From NCBI GenBank assembly GCA_964016885.1, contig OZ024745.1, positions 108,500,001 through 108,564,000 on the forward strand: a DNA stretch of 64,000 nucleotides. The letters are read 5' to 3'. Made by a program: the position numbers and the translations under genes. Position 1 is the stretch's first letter; each line of letters begins with the position of its first letter. Of the stretch, positions 50,911 to 64,000 are shown piece by piece. The DNA is from Eledone cirrhosa (taxonomy: Eukaryota). Under the pieces are notes generated by a model. The model searched no databases. It was not told the origin of the DNA and was given only the letters and a program-made list of their open reading frames with translations.

Positions 50911-53316
50911 CCCTCTTCCTGCTATTTCAAGCATTAACTTAATATATTCCTTCCATATACTGTACCAATTGTGTTGTTATTTCTATTTACCTTTTACATA
51001 TATATATGTTATCCTGTTGTGAGTAATGGCAGGTCAGATGACTGTCGCGCTCATACAGAACCGATTTGGGCTTGGTTCCTACAGCTGGATGCCCTTCCTA
51101 GCGCCAACCCCATTTACAATGAATACTGGGTGCTTTTTGTCATGACACCCAGTTTTCAGTGTGGACTGAGTATTTTTACTTTAGATACAAGGTCAGTAAT
51201 TTTGGAGAGGGGAAAATCAATTAAATCAAGACCAGTAGATGACTAGTATTTTATTTTACTGACTCTGAAAGAATGAAAGATAAATTCAACTTGAGTTGGA
51301 TTTGAACTCTGTACATAAAGAGTCAAAAACAATATTGCTATGCATTTTTCCAATGCTCTAGCTCTGCCAATCCATCAGCCTTAACTAAGTTTTCATAACA
51401 TCAGCATTAATATGCATGTAAATGCACACACTACTGATAGGCACAAATGCATTATGACAACTTGAATAATCTAAAGAATAGTCTTCTTCATTATTCTTTG
51501 TTCTAATGATTTCTAAATCTGTTAGCTTGGCACAGATCTCAAAAATATAAAAAGAACTTTCCAAGCAACTGGAGTATAATCAATTCTCTCGAGGCACATA
51601 TTCTAGTTTGGCGTCAATAAAATCAATAACAAAGAAATCTGTCATCAACTTCTTGGCAAAGTGTGACTTAACAAAATCAGAGGTCACTAGAACATGCTCT
51701 TGTGATCAAAGTATATTTGACCCTTGACACTTACTTTATATGTTGTAGAAGAGAGAAGGGGGAGAAGGGGAGAGAGTGGGAGAGAGGGAGAGAGGGCGAG
51801 AGAGAGAGTGAGAGAGTGTGTGAGGAAGTAAAGAGGGAAGGCATGGGAGGAATGAGAGCTTCCACAAACTTGTAATGCTTGGTAGTGGTTGCTGTTTAAC
51901 TCCAGGTCAGCACTTACTGAGCAGATCTATGATCAAAGATGCACCAAACATGACTAACCCACCATTTTAGAAGTCTTGTAAACAACTCCATTTTAATATC
52001 TCCTCCTCTCCAAGACACTCAAATGTAATTTGAGGGATATTTGGCAGCTATTTTTAGCTTGTAATACCTGGCCCTTTGGTACCTTTAGTGAAGTTCACTA
52101 TATGAACATTCAGGCCAGGGTCCCAATTTGAGGATATCTCTGTTTTTCCTTCCTACCAGTCTTAGATTCCTAAAAAAGACTTACAAGCACTATCCTTTCT
52201 TCTTGACTGCTATAAATAAAAAAACAACTGAATATTGGGATTAGTTGAAGATTTGAGAGAGAAAATACCAATGATCACATTCCATGTTTGAACAGAGCTG
52301 TCCTGGGGGTTAAACAAAGACAACAACACATTCCTAATTGCTGCAGTTGTTTAACTCAAGTTCAGTACTATTTAAGCAAACCTTGGTCAAAAGTAATCAA
52401 GCAGTAGCAATCTCACCTTTTATCCTATGTGCAGTGAATTCAAGACCACAAGAGTTTGATTTGAGGAAAATTTGGCTGCTATTTCTAACAGATCAAGTGA
52501 CTATGTATTGGATCTCCCATTAGTCAACAAACTAATTGAACACTCATTGCATTCTTGATAGGGCTAAACTGAAAGTGCACTTGATAAGTATGAACACCAC
52601 ATACATATAGCATAACCCATTTAGTTTCAACCTTTTAGCTTCACAGTAGGTGGGTTAGGGCAATCAAAAACAAAAACATTTTCAAGATAAATATATTATT
52701 CATTTGATATTTTTAGGCTTCAAGCTTCAAAGACATTTGTTCGCATCATGAACTGATTTTTAAATTCTTATTTGTTTAGTCAAAGAAGGAGGGACAATAC
52801 TCATAATCGTTAGAGACTCTTCCAGACAGTTAAGATCAATGTTGTTCCTATTGTTTTGTTAAAATATCTATAGGTCAATCTCTCCTGGAACAAAAAAAAA
52901 ACAACAACAAAAAACTCAGTGGGGAAAGGACTGAATCTGTAGTAAAGGAATGATTATTGGAAAATATTAAGGTTTGATAGAAAGTATGAAGGTTTGATAG
53001 ACACAGACTTAGTAACAGTGAAAAAAAAGCAAAACAGATGCGGTGTTGTTATTGTTACTGCTTAGCCCAAGAACAACCGTGCTGAAGACAGACATATAAT
53101 CAGAAGAGTCCTCCTGCACTGACCATCCCTGGCTTGTTTTCTGACACAGTATATCTAGAATGTCATTACCATATATGTATTTTTAAAACATATATAGGAG
53201 AGAGGTTGATATTTGAAGAAGGTTTAAGTGGGGTTTCTAAGTCAAGCAACCACATTGAATGGTATTGAGATATCGGTGGTATACAGCTTGCTGAAGAAGG
53301 AGAAGGAGAATAATAA

Positions 53317-54690
53317 TAATGGTTTCTGATTTAGGCACAAGGCCAACAATTTTGGAAAAGGGGAAAAATCGATTAAATTGACCCCAGTGTGTTACTGGTA
53401 CTATATTTTATCGATTCTATAAGGGTGAAAGGCAAAGCTAACCTCAGTGAAATTTGAACTCAGAAGATAAAGAGACTTAGCTATACGTCGCAAAACATGT
53501 TGGCTGACACTCTACCAATACTGCCAACACCCCACCCTTGAAGAAGAAGAAGAAAAAGAAGAAAAAGAAGAAAAAGAAAAAAAAGAAAGTAAAAGAAAAA
53601 GAAGAAAAAAAAAAAAAAAAGAAGAAGAATAAGAATAAGAAGGAGGAGTGATAAAATAATATGCCTGTGACCCAGTGGTTATAGTGAGTTGGTGAGAGTC
53701 AAATGTCTTGATGACAGACATAGAGAAATGACAATGGTGCCATATAAATATTTTTGGCATTTTGCTTGATATGATATTAACTTTAATATCTACAGGTTTC
53801 AATAAAGCAATGATAAGCAGGAATCAAATCACATATTCAATTCATAAAGACTATATCTCTATGGGGCTCTCTTAACAACAACAACAACAACAATAATAAT
53901 AATTTCTAGTATAGGCACAAGGTCAGTAATTTGGGAGAAAGAGAAAGTCGATTAAATCAGACTGGTGCTTTATTTTATCAACCCCCATAAGGATGAAAGG
54001 CAAAGTTAACCTCAGCAGCATTTGAACTCAGACCGTAAAGGGCCGTAACTCTAAGCTGCAAAGCATGGTGTCTGATGCTCTACCAATACTGCCAATCCAC
54101 CGACCTAATAATAATTTCATTTATAATAATAATTGTTTCTACTTTTGGCACAAGGCCAGCAATTACCCAGTGCATTACTGGTACTTTATTTTATCGATCC
54201 CGTAAGGATGAAAGGCAAAGTTAACCTCGGCGGGATTTGAACTCAGAACGTAGAGGGACGTAACTATGCTGGAAAGCATGGTGTCTGACGCTCTACCAAT
54301 ACTGCCAATTCACCACCCTTTCAAATAATAATAATAATAATGGTTTCATTTATTGGCCACAAGGGCTGACATATAGGGGCAATACAATAGAAGGTGACAG
54401 GGGGGTTTAGATATAAAACGTGTAAAAAAAATAATAATAATTGTTTCTACTTTTGGCACAAGGCCAGCAATTACCCAGTGCATTACTGGTACTATATTTT
54501 ATCGACCCCGTAAGGATGAAAGGCAAAGTTAACCTCGGCGGGATTTGAACTCAGAATGGCAAGGACCGTAACTCTATGCATCAAAGCATGGCATCCGACC
54601 CTCTACCGATACTGCCAATCTTTCTAATATCTGGCACAAAGCCAGCAATTTGGGGGAAGGGCAAAGTCGATTATATCGACCCCAATATGT
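53317..54690 (-). mobile_element. Cluster of SINE family B copies
   Basis: Units at ~53317-53530, 53900-54105, 54130-54320, 54436-54620 plus fragments. Confidence 0.8.
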
Positions 54691-55244
54691 GGCAACAGGG
54701 TTGGGTTAGGCTTCTGCCTGCTACTGCTACCATGTAATTCAATACAACCTGCTTCAAGATCAAGTGAGTGGTGCCTAAACTGCCTCCTCTCCCAGACCCT
54801 GGTCTGGTGGAGGAGGTTAACTGGAACTCCAGCAGCACAAAAACAAGAGCTGTTAAACAGGTAGATGAACTTCTCAGAGTCAATGGCCATCCACCCCAAC
54901 TATGGGTTAAATAGCCTCATCAATCCACAATTGACTAATCGTGATGAGTACAGCTACATGCCTGATATGACTAAAATCAAACAGAAAGTGGTGGAGGTCA
55001 ACTAAGGAAGGGTTCCTCCAACAGGACAAAAGTACTAAGATTAAAAACTGCCTCTTCTACAATAATGCACAATAATGTCCGCCACTAAATAAGCTTCAAA
55101 TGATTAATGCAATTAATAAATTGATATGAAAATAGGAAAATTAAGAAGTTCATAGCAGTGACTCCTTCATTGGACATACAAGTATCACATTTTTTAGGCA
55201 ATTAACCATGCAACATATTATATTCCACTAATTTTACTTTGTGA

Positions 55245-55652
55245 AGTGAAACATGGACGCTTTTATCCAAACAACAAAAGCACCTTGATGGCACCTACAC
55301 TCACCTACTTCGACGCATTCAGAACATAAGCTAGCGACATCTGACTTTGAAAGAAATATATTCCAGCCTCGCACACATATTTGTCATTGTACGTAAAAGT
55401 ATAGTAAGATTTACTGGCCACTGCCATCATGCCGCCTCTGAGGCTATGTCCTCATTAGTGCTTTGGAAACCACAAGCAGTCACTAATAACAGGGGAGGGG
55501 GGGTGCAAGCTCTCCTATGCCGATGTCATCTCCAGAGATTCTGGTATTGAAATCCAGCAACAGCAATGAATGACAAACTCACATGGAGAACAATTGTTGA
55601 GTTGATTTCAGCTGAGGCTGCCGAATGATGATGATGATGATGATGATGATGA
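55245..55652 (+). mobile_element. 3' end of an RTE/RTE-X-type LINE (pseudogenic)
   Basis: ETWTL..LDGTYTHLLRRIQNIS*..LKEIY..RFTGHC..LVLWKP..ADVISRDSGI..AMNDKLTWR followed by a (GAT)n tail. Confidence 0.7.
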
Positions 55653-56474
55653 TAACACAAAGCTAAATTAGATAGGAGGATATTAGTTGATTTCACAAAC
55701 ATCTTATATAAAATCTCTGTCTATCAAAGAGAGAGATTAACAGAAGATACATAGAGATGGACACAGAAAGGGAGACTATCAAGAATGTCAAACTGAGAGA
55801 GGGAGGAAGGGGGAGAAAACGAGAGGGGTGAGCGAGAGAGAGAGGAAGGGGGAGAAAACGAGAGGGGGTGAGCAAGAGAGAGAGGGAGTACAAATAGACT
55901 GACAGACAATATGAGAGAGAGAGAGGGACAGACAGATAAATAAACAGGCTAATATTTTGTATGAAATATTTTGTAATAAAATTTCAGTGAACATAAAAGT
56001 GAATCAAAAATAAAGTTAAATTTTAATGATAAATAAGTTTGTAACCTCTTGAGTTCTTTCTATTTAACAAGTATGCTTTCTTCTCTCTAAGATGAATTGG
56101 TAAAGATACCCAAGACACATAGAAAATGAAATATTTATATTTTTGCAAGCTACTACCAAAAAAAAAAAAAAAATGAATAAATAAGTATAGGAATAAATAA
56201 TAAATAATTAAAATTCATTTTTGCCCAAAGATTAAAAGGAAAATAATAAAATATTTTTTGATATTTTCTTATTTTTAATGAACATATGGAGAAAAGATAA
56301 AACAAAAAGCTCAAAACACATCTATACACATCTGGGTGTTAAATTGTATTAATTCAGCTTCACATTTTGTTTTCCATGTGCCATCTTCTTACCAAAATTA
56401 AAACTCACCACCACTCCCATCACTTCTCTACAGCTACAAAACAACAACAATAACAACAACAATAGCAAAACAAA

Positions 56475-56507
<33 letters not shown>

Positions 56508-57322
56508 AACCAAAACCAAACAAAACAATGTGGTATGGAATTATTTATAGGAGTAACAAAATTTCTACTTGATATAAATTTTATGTAATTTCTAGCTTTC
56601 TTAGCACCACCATTTTTGGGGTTGAATTTCGTGCAGCTGGTGTGTCATGGCTTATACAAGAATACAAGAATAGATTTGATAATCCTTGCAAAATACTAAC
56701 GAAAATATTACACAAGGAAATACAAACTAAATGTCAAATTAGCCTGCCAAATAATTCCTTCCATCCAGGCAAAAGAAAGAGAAAATATATCCAAAATAAA
56801 AAAATATATTTAATAAAAAGATGAACAAAATGGAAGAACATTACATACATAACTTTGTTATTATTAATTATTATTATTATTATTATTATCAATCTTATAG
56901 ATTTTATTAGATTTGTTTTAGGTTTTATCACTGTTAGTTGTTGTTGTTGTTGGTGGTGGTGATAGCAGTGATGACTCTGATGTTGTTGGTTTAGTTGTTC
57001 TTGTAGTTAATTACTTCATATTTATTTTTTTCAAATTTTTTTTACTGAAGAGTTTAAAATAATCAATAAATTTTAAGTGAATTTTTAATTGTGTCGAAAT
57101 ACACTAAGTTTAATTTCAATTAAAAAAACAATCTTTGTAATGTTTACATTTGAATATTTTGTTTTGGTTTTATGTATATGTGTTTGTATGTATGTATATA
57201 TATATATATATATACATATATATATGTGTGTGTATATATATATATATATATATACATATTGATCAAAAGAACATCTATTTTATTAATATTTGTATTTTAA
57301 TATATATATATATACATATATA

Positions 57323-57360
<38 letters not shown>

Positions 57361-57402
57361 CATATATATATGTGTGTGTATATATATATATACATATATA
57401 TA

Positions 57403-57438
<36 letters not shown>

Positions 57439-57961
57439 CATATGTGTGTGTGTGTATATATTCAGTTATTTAATTATATATTCATTTATTCATGTATATA
57501 ATGTGTGTGTGTATGTGTATGTGTGTATGTGTATGTGTGTATGTATTTACTTCATGGATTCTGCAACTCAACGCCAAGCCATTTATCTTTCCTATACAGG
57601 CTTGGAGCAACACATGTGGTACCTATGACAAATTCTTTCACCAAAAACTTACCTTCTAACTCCAGCTGAGTCTTGCTAGGGCTATAAACTCTATTTATAA
57701 AGTCATTACATCCTGATGATAGAGTGGAGCCAATGTGTGTGTCTGTCTGTGTGTGCTCTAATATGTATTGCTTTCCATGCATTCAAATATGTGCTGATTT
57801 AACAGTGAAAATGTGTTGGAATATCCATCCATATATATATGCTTACTTACAAATTTAGATATTTACATACACAACACACATACATACATACATACCGATA
57901 TGCATACACACATACATACACAAGCACATACATACACGCGTACCTATATACATGCATATGT

Positions 57962-58302
57962 ACATGGCTTAGTGGTTAGAGCATTGGCCTTGCAATCGAA
58001 AGGTTGTGAGTTCAAATCTCAGACCGGGTGATGTGTTGTTTCCTTGAGCAAGACACTTTATTTCACATTGCTCCAGTTTACTCAGTTGTAGAAATGAGAT
58101 GATAGGGACTGAGGTCCCTATCATTCCACTGCAAATTGGTCGTGGAGGTGCCACGGCAAAAAAGGCACCCAGCACTCACTGTAAATGAGGTTGGTGTTAG
58201 GAAGGGCATCCAGCTGTAGAAATCAAGCCAGAATCAGTTCCCGTCCCACCCTTGCAAGCAGGGAAAAGCGGACATAAAATGAAATGATGAAATGATGATG
58301 AT
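57962..58302 (+). mobile_element. SINE family A
   Basis: Near full-length unit. Confidence 0.9.
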
Positions 58303-58741
58303 GTACATAGATACATACATACATACACACACAAGCTCCTTATTAGCATGATTTCAATGATCACTATTCTTTTCCTTCTCTCTGTCAATATTTTTAACTC
58401 TCTATTCTATGTATATGGGAATGGATATAAGACCAAGTACAGAGTTGCATGTATTTTGTATAATACTTATGTATATCGTATATCATCATCATCATCAGCA
58501 ACATTTTTATGTCCAATTTTTCAGCACTAGAGAGACTGTTGTGTTTTTTATGACCGAATGGTCCCCTCAACCCTTTTGGCATAGTATATATATATATATG
58601 CCTGGTGGTCATTGATCTGTCCAGTTCGTTTGTCTACCAGCATATCAGCAAAAGAAATTATACATTTTCTATATATTTTGTCTGAGGAGAAGATGTTTTG
58701 CTGTATGTTATACATAAAACTTTGCATCTTTGAAATATATA

Positions 58742-58908
58742 TAATTGTTTCTACCTTAGGCACAAGGCCAGCAATTACCCAGTGCATTACTGGTACTTTA
58801 TTTTATCGACCCTGTAAGGATGAAAGGCAAAGTCAACCTCGGCGGGATTTGAACTCAGATCGTAAAGGGACGTAACTATGCTGGAAAGCATGGCGTCCGA
58901 TCTTCTAC
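58742..58908 (-). mobile_element. SINE family B
   Basis: Reverse complement of unit. Confidence 0.8.
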
Positions 58909-59019
58909 CCATAATGAAATAAATAGAGATGATATAAAGTATATATCTTTTGTTTATTACTATACCAGTAATGCACTGTGTAATTGCTGGCCTTGTAGAA
59001 ACAATTATTATTATTATTA

Positions 59020-59338
59020 TAAAATGGCGTAGGACAGAACAAAGGAGAGGCACAAAAACAAAGAAAAGAATCCCCAGTCACTGAAGAGGTCACAGAATGT
59101 GTGACGAAAGAACTTTGACAATATATAAACAACTATCTGGTTGTGGAACCAACCAACCAACCAGAAATTTATAGATTTATAAATTCCTAAATTTATAAAT
59201 TTATTATAATAAATTGAAGTGAAAGCAACTGGTGCGTGTGTTTCTTATTGGCAATATGGCCTCCCAAAGTATAACAATATCGGTTTCAACACACGATTTC
59301 AGATAAAGAATCTTGCTAAACAAATTCAGAAACGAAAT
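59020..59338 (+). mobile_element. Solo Penelope terminal repeat (Neptune-related subfamily)
   Basis: HHR followed by aaccaaccaa..gtgtgtttcttattggcaa..cccaaagtataacaatat, same layout as 40623-40846; ends in (TA)n. Confidence 0.7.
59077..59119 (+). ncRNA. Minimal type I hammerhead (family 4 relative)
   Basis: GTCA-CTGAAGA-G-GTCACA GAATG TGTGAC-GAAA-GAAC-TT-TGAC; all three stems pair. Confidence 0.75.
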
Positions 59339-59946
59339 ATATATATATATATATATATATGAATTGAAACAACGGAAGTAAGTTTTATTTCATCTTTATT
59401 TCATCTTTATTTCATCTAGCTGTCTAATGAGGTCATTTATCCAATTTATTCAACTATTATTAGTGATAGATGATTTACGGTCATGTTCTGCCTTTGGGAC
59501 ACTCATATATTTCAGCTTATATATATATATAAGTTGTAATATATGGTGGAGAGAGCAAGACTTTTAACAACAAAATTTTGTTATTAAACGTCTCGCATTC
59601 TCCATCATATATTTCTGCATTTACTTGCTCTCCTTATCCTCTGCACATAAAACTCTCCTTAAATATTAACTCCACTGTAATATTTAATCTCGTATCTTTA
59701 AGCATTGAGCATGCTTCGCTTTGTATAAAGCATCTAACATATAATTCCTTCTCCTCTATATTCTTATGATATATGACTCTTATTTTGATATATATATATA
59801 TATGTATATAAATTGAATATTAATTTATAAAATCTGTATGAGCAAGACCATGGTCACCTGACCTATCATTGCTCACAACAGGATAACTTGCTAACCCATG
59901 CTAGTATGGAAAAGGAATGTAAACCGATGATGATGATGATGATGAT

Positions 59947-59977
<31 letters not shown>

Positions 59978-60252
59978 CTATACATGCACCTTTGATGAGT
60001 TGTAGTGCACCTGAGCACTGTACACAATAATTTCATTATTATTATTATTATTTTATAAATACACACACACACACACACATATATGTGAGTCATAAGTAAC
60101 TGGACAATAAGTCCAGTTGATGATATTTACTAAAATTCTGGCCATATAATACTAAATTATAAATACAGCAAACAAAAGTAGTTAAAAATATATAATTAAT
60201 ATAATTGTTCGAAATTGTAAACGTTGCAATAAAAAATGCATTGACTCACCCT

Positions 60253-60253
60253 G

Positions 60254-60290
<37 letters not shown>

Positions 60291-60329
60291 ATATATAGTA
60301 TATATATGTTTACATATATATATGTATAT

Positions 60330-60398
<69 letters not shown>

Positions 60399-60475
60399 CA
60401 CATATACATGTGTATATACATATATACATACATATTTATAAATATACACATACATATACACATATATATATATAT

Positions 60476-60524
<49 letters not shown>

Positions 60525-60838
60525 CACATATATATCTATACATATACACATATATATATTTATATACGTATACATATACACATATACATATAAAAACTTA
60601 TACATATACATATATATATACAGATACACACATATATATATCTATATCTATATACATATACATATATCTATATCTATACATATATACATATATCTATATA
60701 CATATATACATATATCTATATATATATACACACATACATATATCTATATACATATACACACATATATATATACACACATATATATATGTACACATATATA
60801 TACACAGCTATATATACACACACACAAGCACACACATA
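60253..60838. repeat. Compound (TA)n/(CA)n/(TACA)n low-complexity tract
   Basis: Direct reading. Confidence 0.9.
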
Positions 60839-61951
60839 TCTTTATAATGTGTGTGTTGTATATATGATCGTTGTCTATATTTTACACCTACATTACCAGC
60901 TGACTAAAGAAACAATAACAATTGAGCAAAAAACAAAAACAAAAAACAAAAATAAAACATAAAACATAATAAGAAAAAAAAATGAAAAACTAAACGACAC
61001 ATAAAAAAATATAGCATTGAAAACAAACAAAAAAATCCAAAAAATTATCAAAAAAGAAAACTTCTGAGATAAGATATTTCGTCATGGGAGAAAAAATAAG
61101 CAAACAAACAAAACTCTATTTAGTGTTACCTCTGAAGATTTCTCATCTCATTAACACCCAAACCCTTAATATTGTTGAGCACAGAGCTTCAACAATGCTG
61201 AAAGCTTTATTGCTCTTCCTGACAAAGTGAAGGTACCACATAGAATCCATATACCAATTATATTTGCATTTCCGTATCATCTTTTCAACAGGCACTGGTG
61301 CACATGACTTATGAATGTAGAATGGTTCGCTGAGGATATCGCGGCTTTTTAGCCAGTAAACATTTTTTATTGACATGTGTGGTTGTCTGTATGTTTCCAT
61401 GTGTGTTTGTGTGTGTTTCTGTTATGCTTTTGTTATGTGTGTGTTTGTGTTTATTTGTATATGTAAATATTTGTCTTTATGTACGTGCAAAGAAAGATAT
61501 GTTTATGTGTGTGTTTGTGAGAATGTAAATATAAATATGTCTGTATGTGTGTTGCATTCCTAAGTGTGTAAATATATATATATGTGAATGTGTGTGTGTG
61601 TAAGTATGTGTAATATATTGTGTATTATATATGTGTATAAGTGCATATACATATTTACATGTGTGTGTGTACTTGTGTTCATGTATATATGTATGTTTGT
61701 GTGTGCTACTATGAATGCATATGTATGTTAGTAAATGTGAGTATGAATGGATATAAATCTATGTGTATGAGTGAGAGAATATTTGAATGTTTCTCTATGT
61801 ATATATCAGTGTGTATGTGTGAATATATATTTGTGTGAGTGATTGAGTTTTCATGTAAGTGTGTGTATGATATTAAGCAAAATATAAGATTCCTGATACC
61901 AAGTATTACAAGTATATTATACATCAATGCGTATGTGTGTGTATGCATATG

Positions 61952-61992
<41 letters not shown>

Positions 61993-62205
61993 ATGATATT
62001 TGTAAAGGCCAGATGTAGAAATTCATAACTTATTTCATTCAAAATCATTTGTTATACATATTTCTGTGGTGCTCATGATTAATCAAAGCAATCAACATGC
62101 AACCACCAACACAACTTCATCAGGCATCATCTTAAATAATAAGATTGTTGTGTAACATTTACATTCCATATGGTCTATATATACATTCATATATACATAT
62201 ATACA

Positions 62206-62270
<65 letters not shown>

Positions 62271-62293
62271 CATATATACATATATATATATAC

Positions 62294-63180
62294 CTAGTGA
62301 AGAAATTCCAAACATGGAAGCAGGGCCTAGAACGAAGAGGTCTTAGAGTCAACCTGACAAACACAAAGGTCCTAGTAAGTAGAAAATAAAACAGAACACA
62401 GATCCCCTTGGTGAAATGGCCTTGCTCAGCATGTAGGAAAGGTGTAGGTAGAAACTCCATCCTCAGCCCAATATGCAACCTATGGGTACACAAGTGATGT
62501 AGTGAGATCTCAGGAAGTTTAGCAAAGAATGTAGGCTTTACATGTAGCGGGTGCACCAGGAGATTAAGCAGTAAACAACCAAAGGAAACAAGTGCTATCA
62601 AATTCTGTGAGAGCTTGGTAAAAAAAAATAGACAACTTCTGCTAACTGGGTGACCGAATTAGCAACGGAGGTGGGTGTTCTGAAAGTATAGTAGCCAGTA
62701 AGAACGGGATGGAAGAAGTTTAGTGAGCTACTACCACTGCTAGCTACAAAGGGCTTTTCCCTCAAAATGAAAGGCAGACTGTATGATGCATGAATACGAA
62801 CAGCAATGTTGCATGGTAGTGAGACCTGGGCGTTGTGTGCAGAAGGCTTGCGGAGATTGGAAAAAAATGAAGCTTGCTTGCTCTGATGGATGTGTAATAG
62901 TAATATACGTGAACAGCAAACGAACTGAGAGAGAAACTAGGCATAAGAGGAATCAAATGCTGTGTGCAAGAGAGGAGATTGCATTGATATGGACATGTGA
63001 TGCGTATGAAGGATAACAGCTGCATAAAAAAGTGAAGAGCGCTCAAAGTCGATGGAAGCCTTGGAAAAGATGACACAGGAAGACTTGGGATGAGGTGATA
63101 AAAGCTGACCTTGCCAAATTGCACCTCTCAAAGATGATGACACAGTAATACAGAAGACCAGACTTCCCACGGGCACAGGC
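62294..63180 (+). mobile_element. RTE-type LINE 3' portion (post-RT region), disrupted
   Basis: WKQGLERRGLRVNLTNTKVLVS, WPCSACRKGVGRNSI, GWKKFSELLPLLATKGFSLKMKGRLYDA*IRTAMLHGSETW, RKTWDEVIKADL. Confidence 0.85.
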
Positions 63181-63199
63181 GAAAGATGAAACATATACA

Positions 63200-63478
63200 C
63201 AGTATGCTCCCCACCCACCCTCCCACGGTGTAAGTATCACAACAAAAAGCACCCAACCCACACTGTAAAGTGGTCGTGTAGGCGTCATGACAAAAAGTAC
63301 CCATTACTCACTGTAAATGAGGTTGGCATTAGGAAGGGCATCCAGCTGCAGAAACCAGGCCAAAATCATTTCTGTATAAGAAAGGCATGGTCACCTGACT
63401 TAGCATTGCCAACAACAGGACAACTCATCTAACCCATGCAGGTGTGGAAGATTGGACGTAAAATGGTGATGATGATGA
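63200..63478 (+). mobile_element. RTE-like 3' tail / SINE 3' half
   Basis: cactgtaaagtggtcg..aggaagggcatccagc..aacccatgc..ggacgtaaaatgg(tga)n. Confidence 0.7.
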
Positions 63479-63685
63479 TACATACATATATATATATATA
63501 TACATACACATATTTACACATACATATAAACATATAAATATATACATATACATATATATATATATATACACATATACACATATGCATATATACATATAAA
63601 TATATACATATGCATATATACATATAAATATATACATATGCATATATACATATGCATATATATATACATATATACATATATATAT

Positions 63686-63736
<51 letters not shown>

Positions 63737-63751
63737 TACATATATATATAT

Positions 63752-63811
63752 ATTGTTATACTTGGGGAGGGTCATATTTGTGTAATATTGCCAGAATTAA
63801 TAACAGAACAC
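63752..63811 (-). mobile_element. 60-bp terminal fragment of the Neptune-like pLTR in (TA)n
   Basis: Identical to ~40624-40683 (attgttatacttggggagggtcatatttgtgtaatattgccagaattaataacagaacac). Confidence 0.8.
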
Positions 63812-64000
63812 ATATATACCACCCTTGCAAGCAGGGAAAAAGCAGACGTAAAATGAAATGATGATGATGATGATACATATATATATACATATATATATAT
63901 ACATGTATACATACACATATATATATAGAGAGAGATAAATACATACATATAAATATATAAGTACATATATATAGATACATATATATACATGTATATATAT

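Noticed and set aside
57150-57628. Tyr/Ile/Val/Cys-rich ORFs here and at 60.2-60.8 kb and 63.4-64.0 kb
   Set aside because: Translations of (TA)n/(TG)n microsatellites
61143-61400. 85-aa minus-strand ORF in unique-looking sequence
   Set aside because: No recognisable motif or supported exon boundaries; length is within chance

Overview
AT-rich eukaryotic non-coding DNA packed with microsatellites, SINEs and decayed transposons. The repeat repertoire resembles octopus/coleoid cephalopod DNA (inference, no search run). No host protein-coding gene can be supported. Recognisable coding remnants all come from mobile elements: two convergent, disrupted Penelope-like elements (a YRDD/Naiad-like copy at ~37.95-40.16 kb on +, a YVDD/Neptune-like copy at ~40.62-42.74 kb on -), several RTE/L1-type LINE fragments, an internally deleted mariner, two non-autonomous Helitrons, and hAT-, Tc1- and piggyBac-like MITEs. 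There is also a tRNA-Ser pseudogene. The most notable signal is a set of type I hammerhead ribozyme (HHR) folds from at least 5 sequence families. They are carried by Penelope terminal-repeat fragments that sit almost exclusively in (TA)n tracts, often as near-perfect 59-151 bp inverted repeats. Several have non-canonical cores: U4>A shared by four copies, U3-A8 covariation, and an extra nucleotide after A9. All folds were paired by eye and none is experimentally verified.
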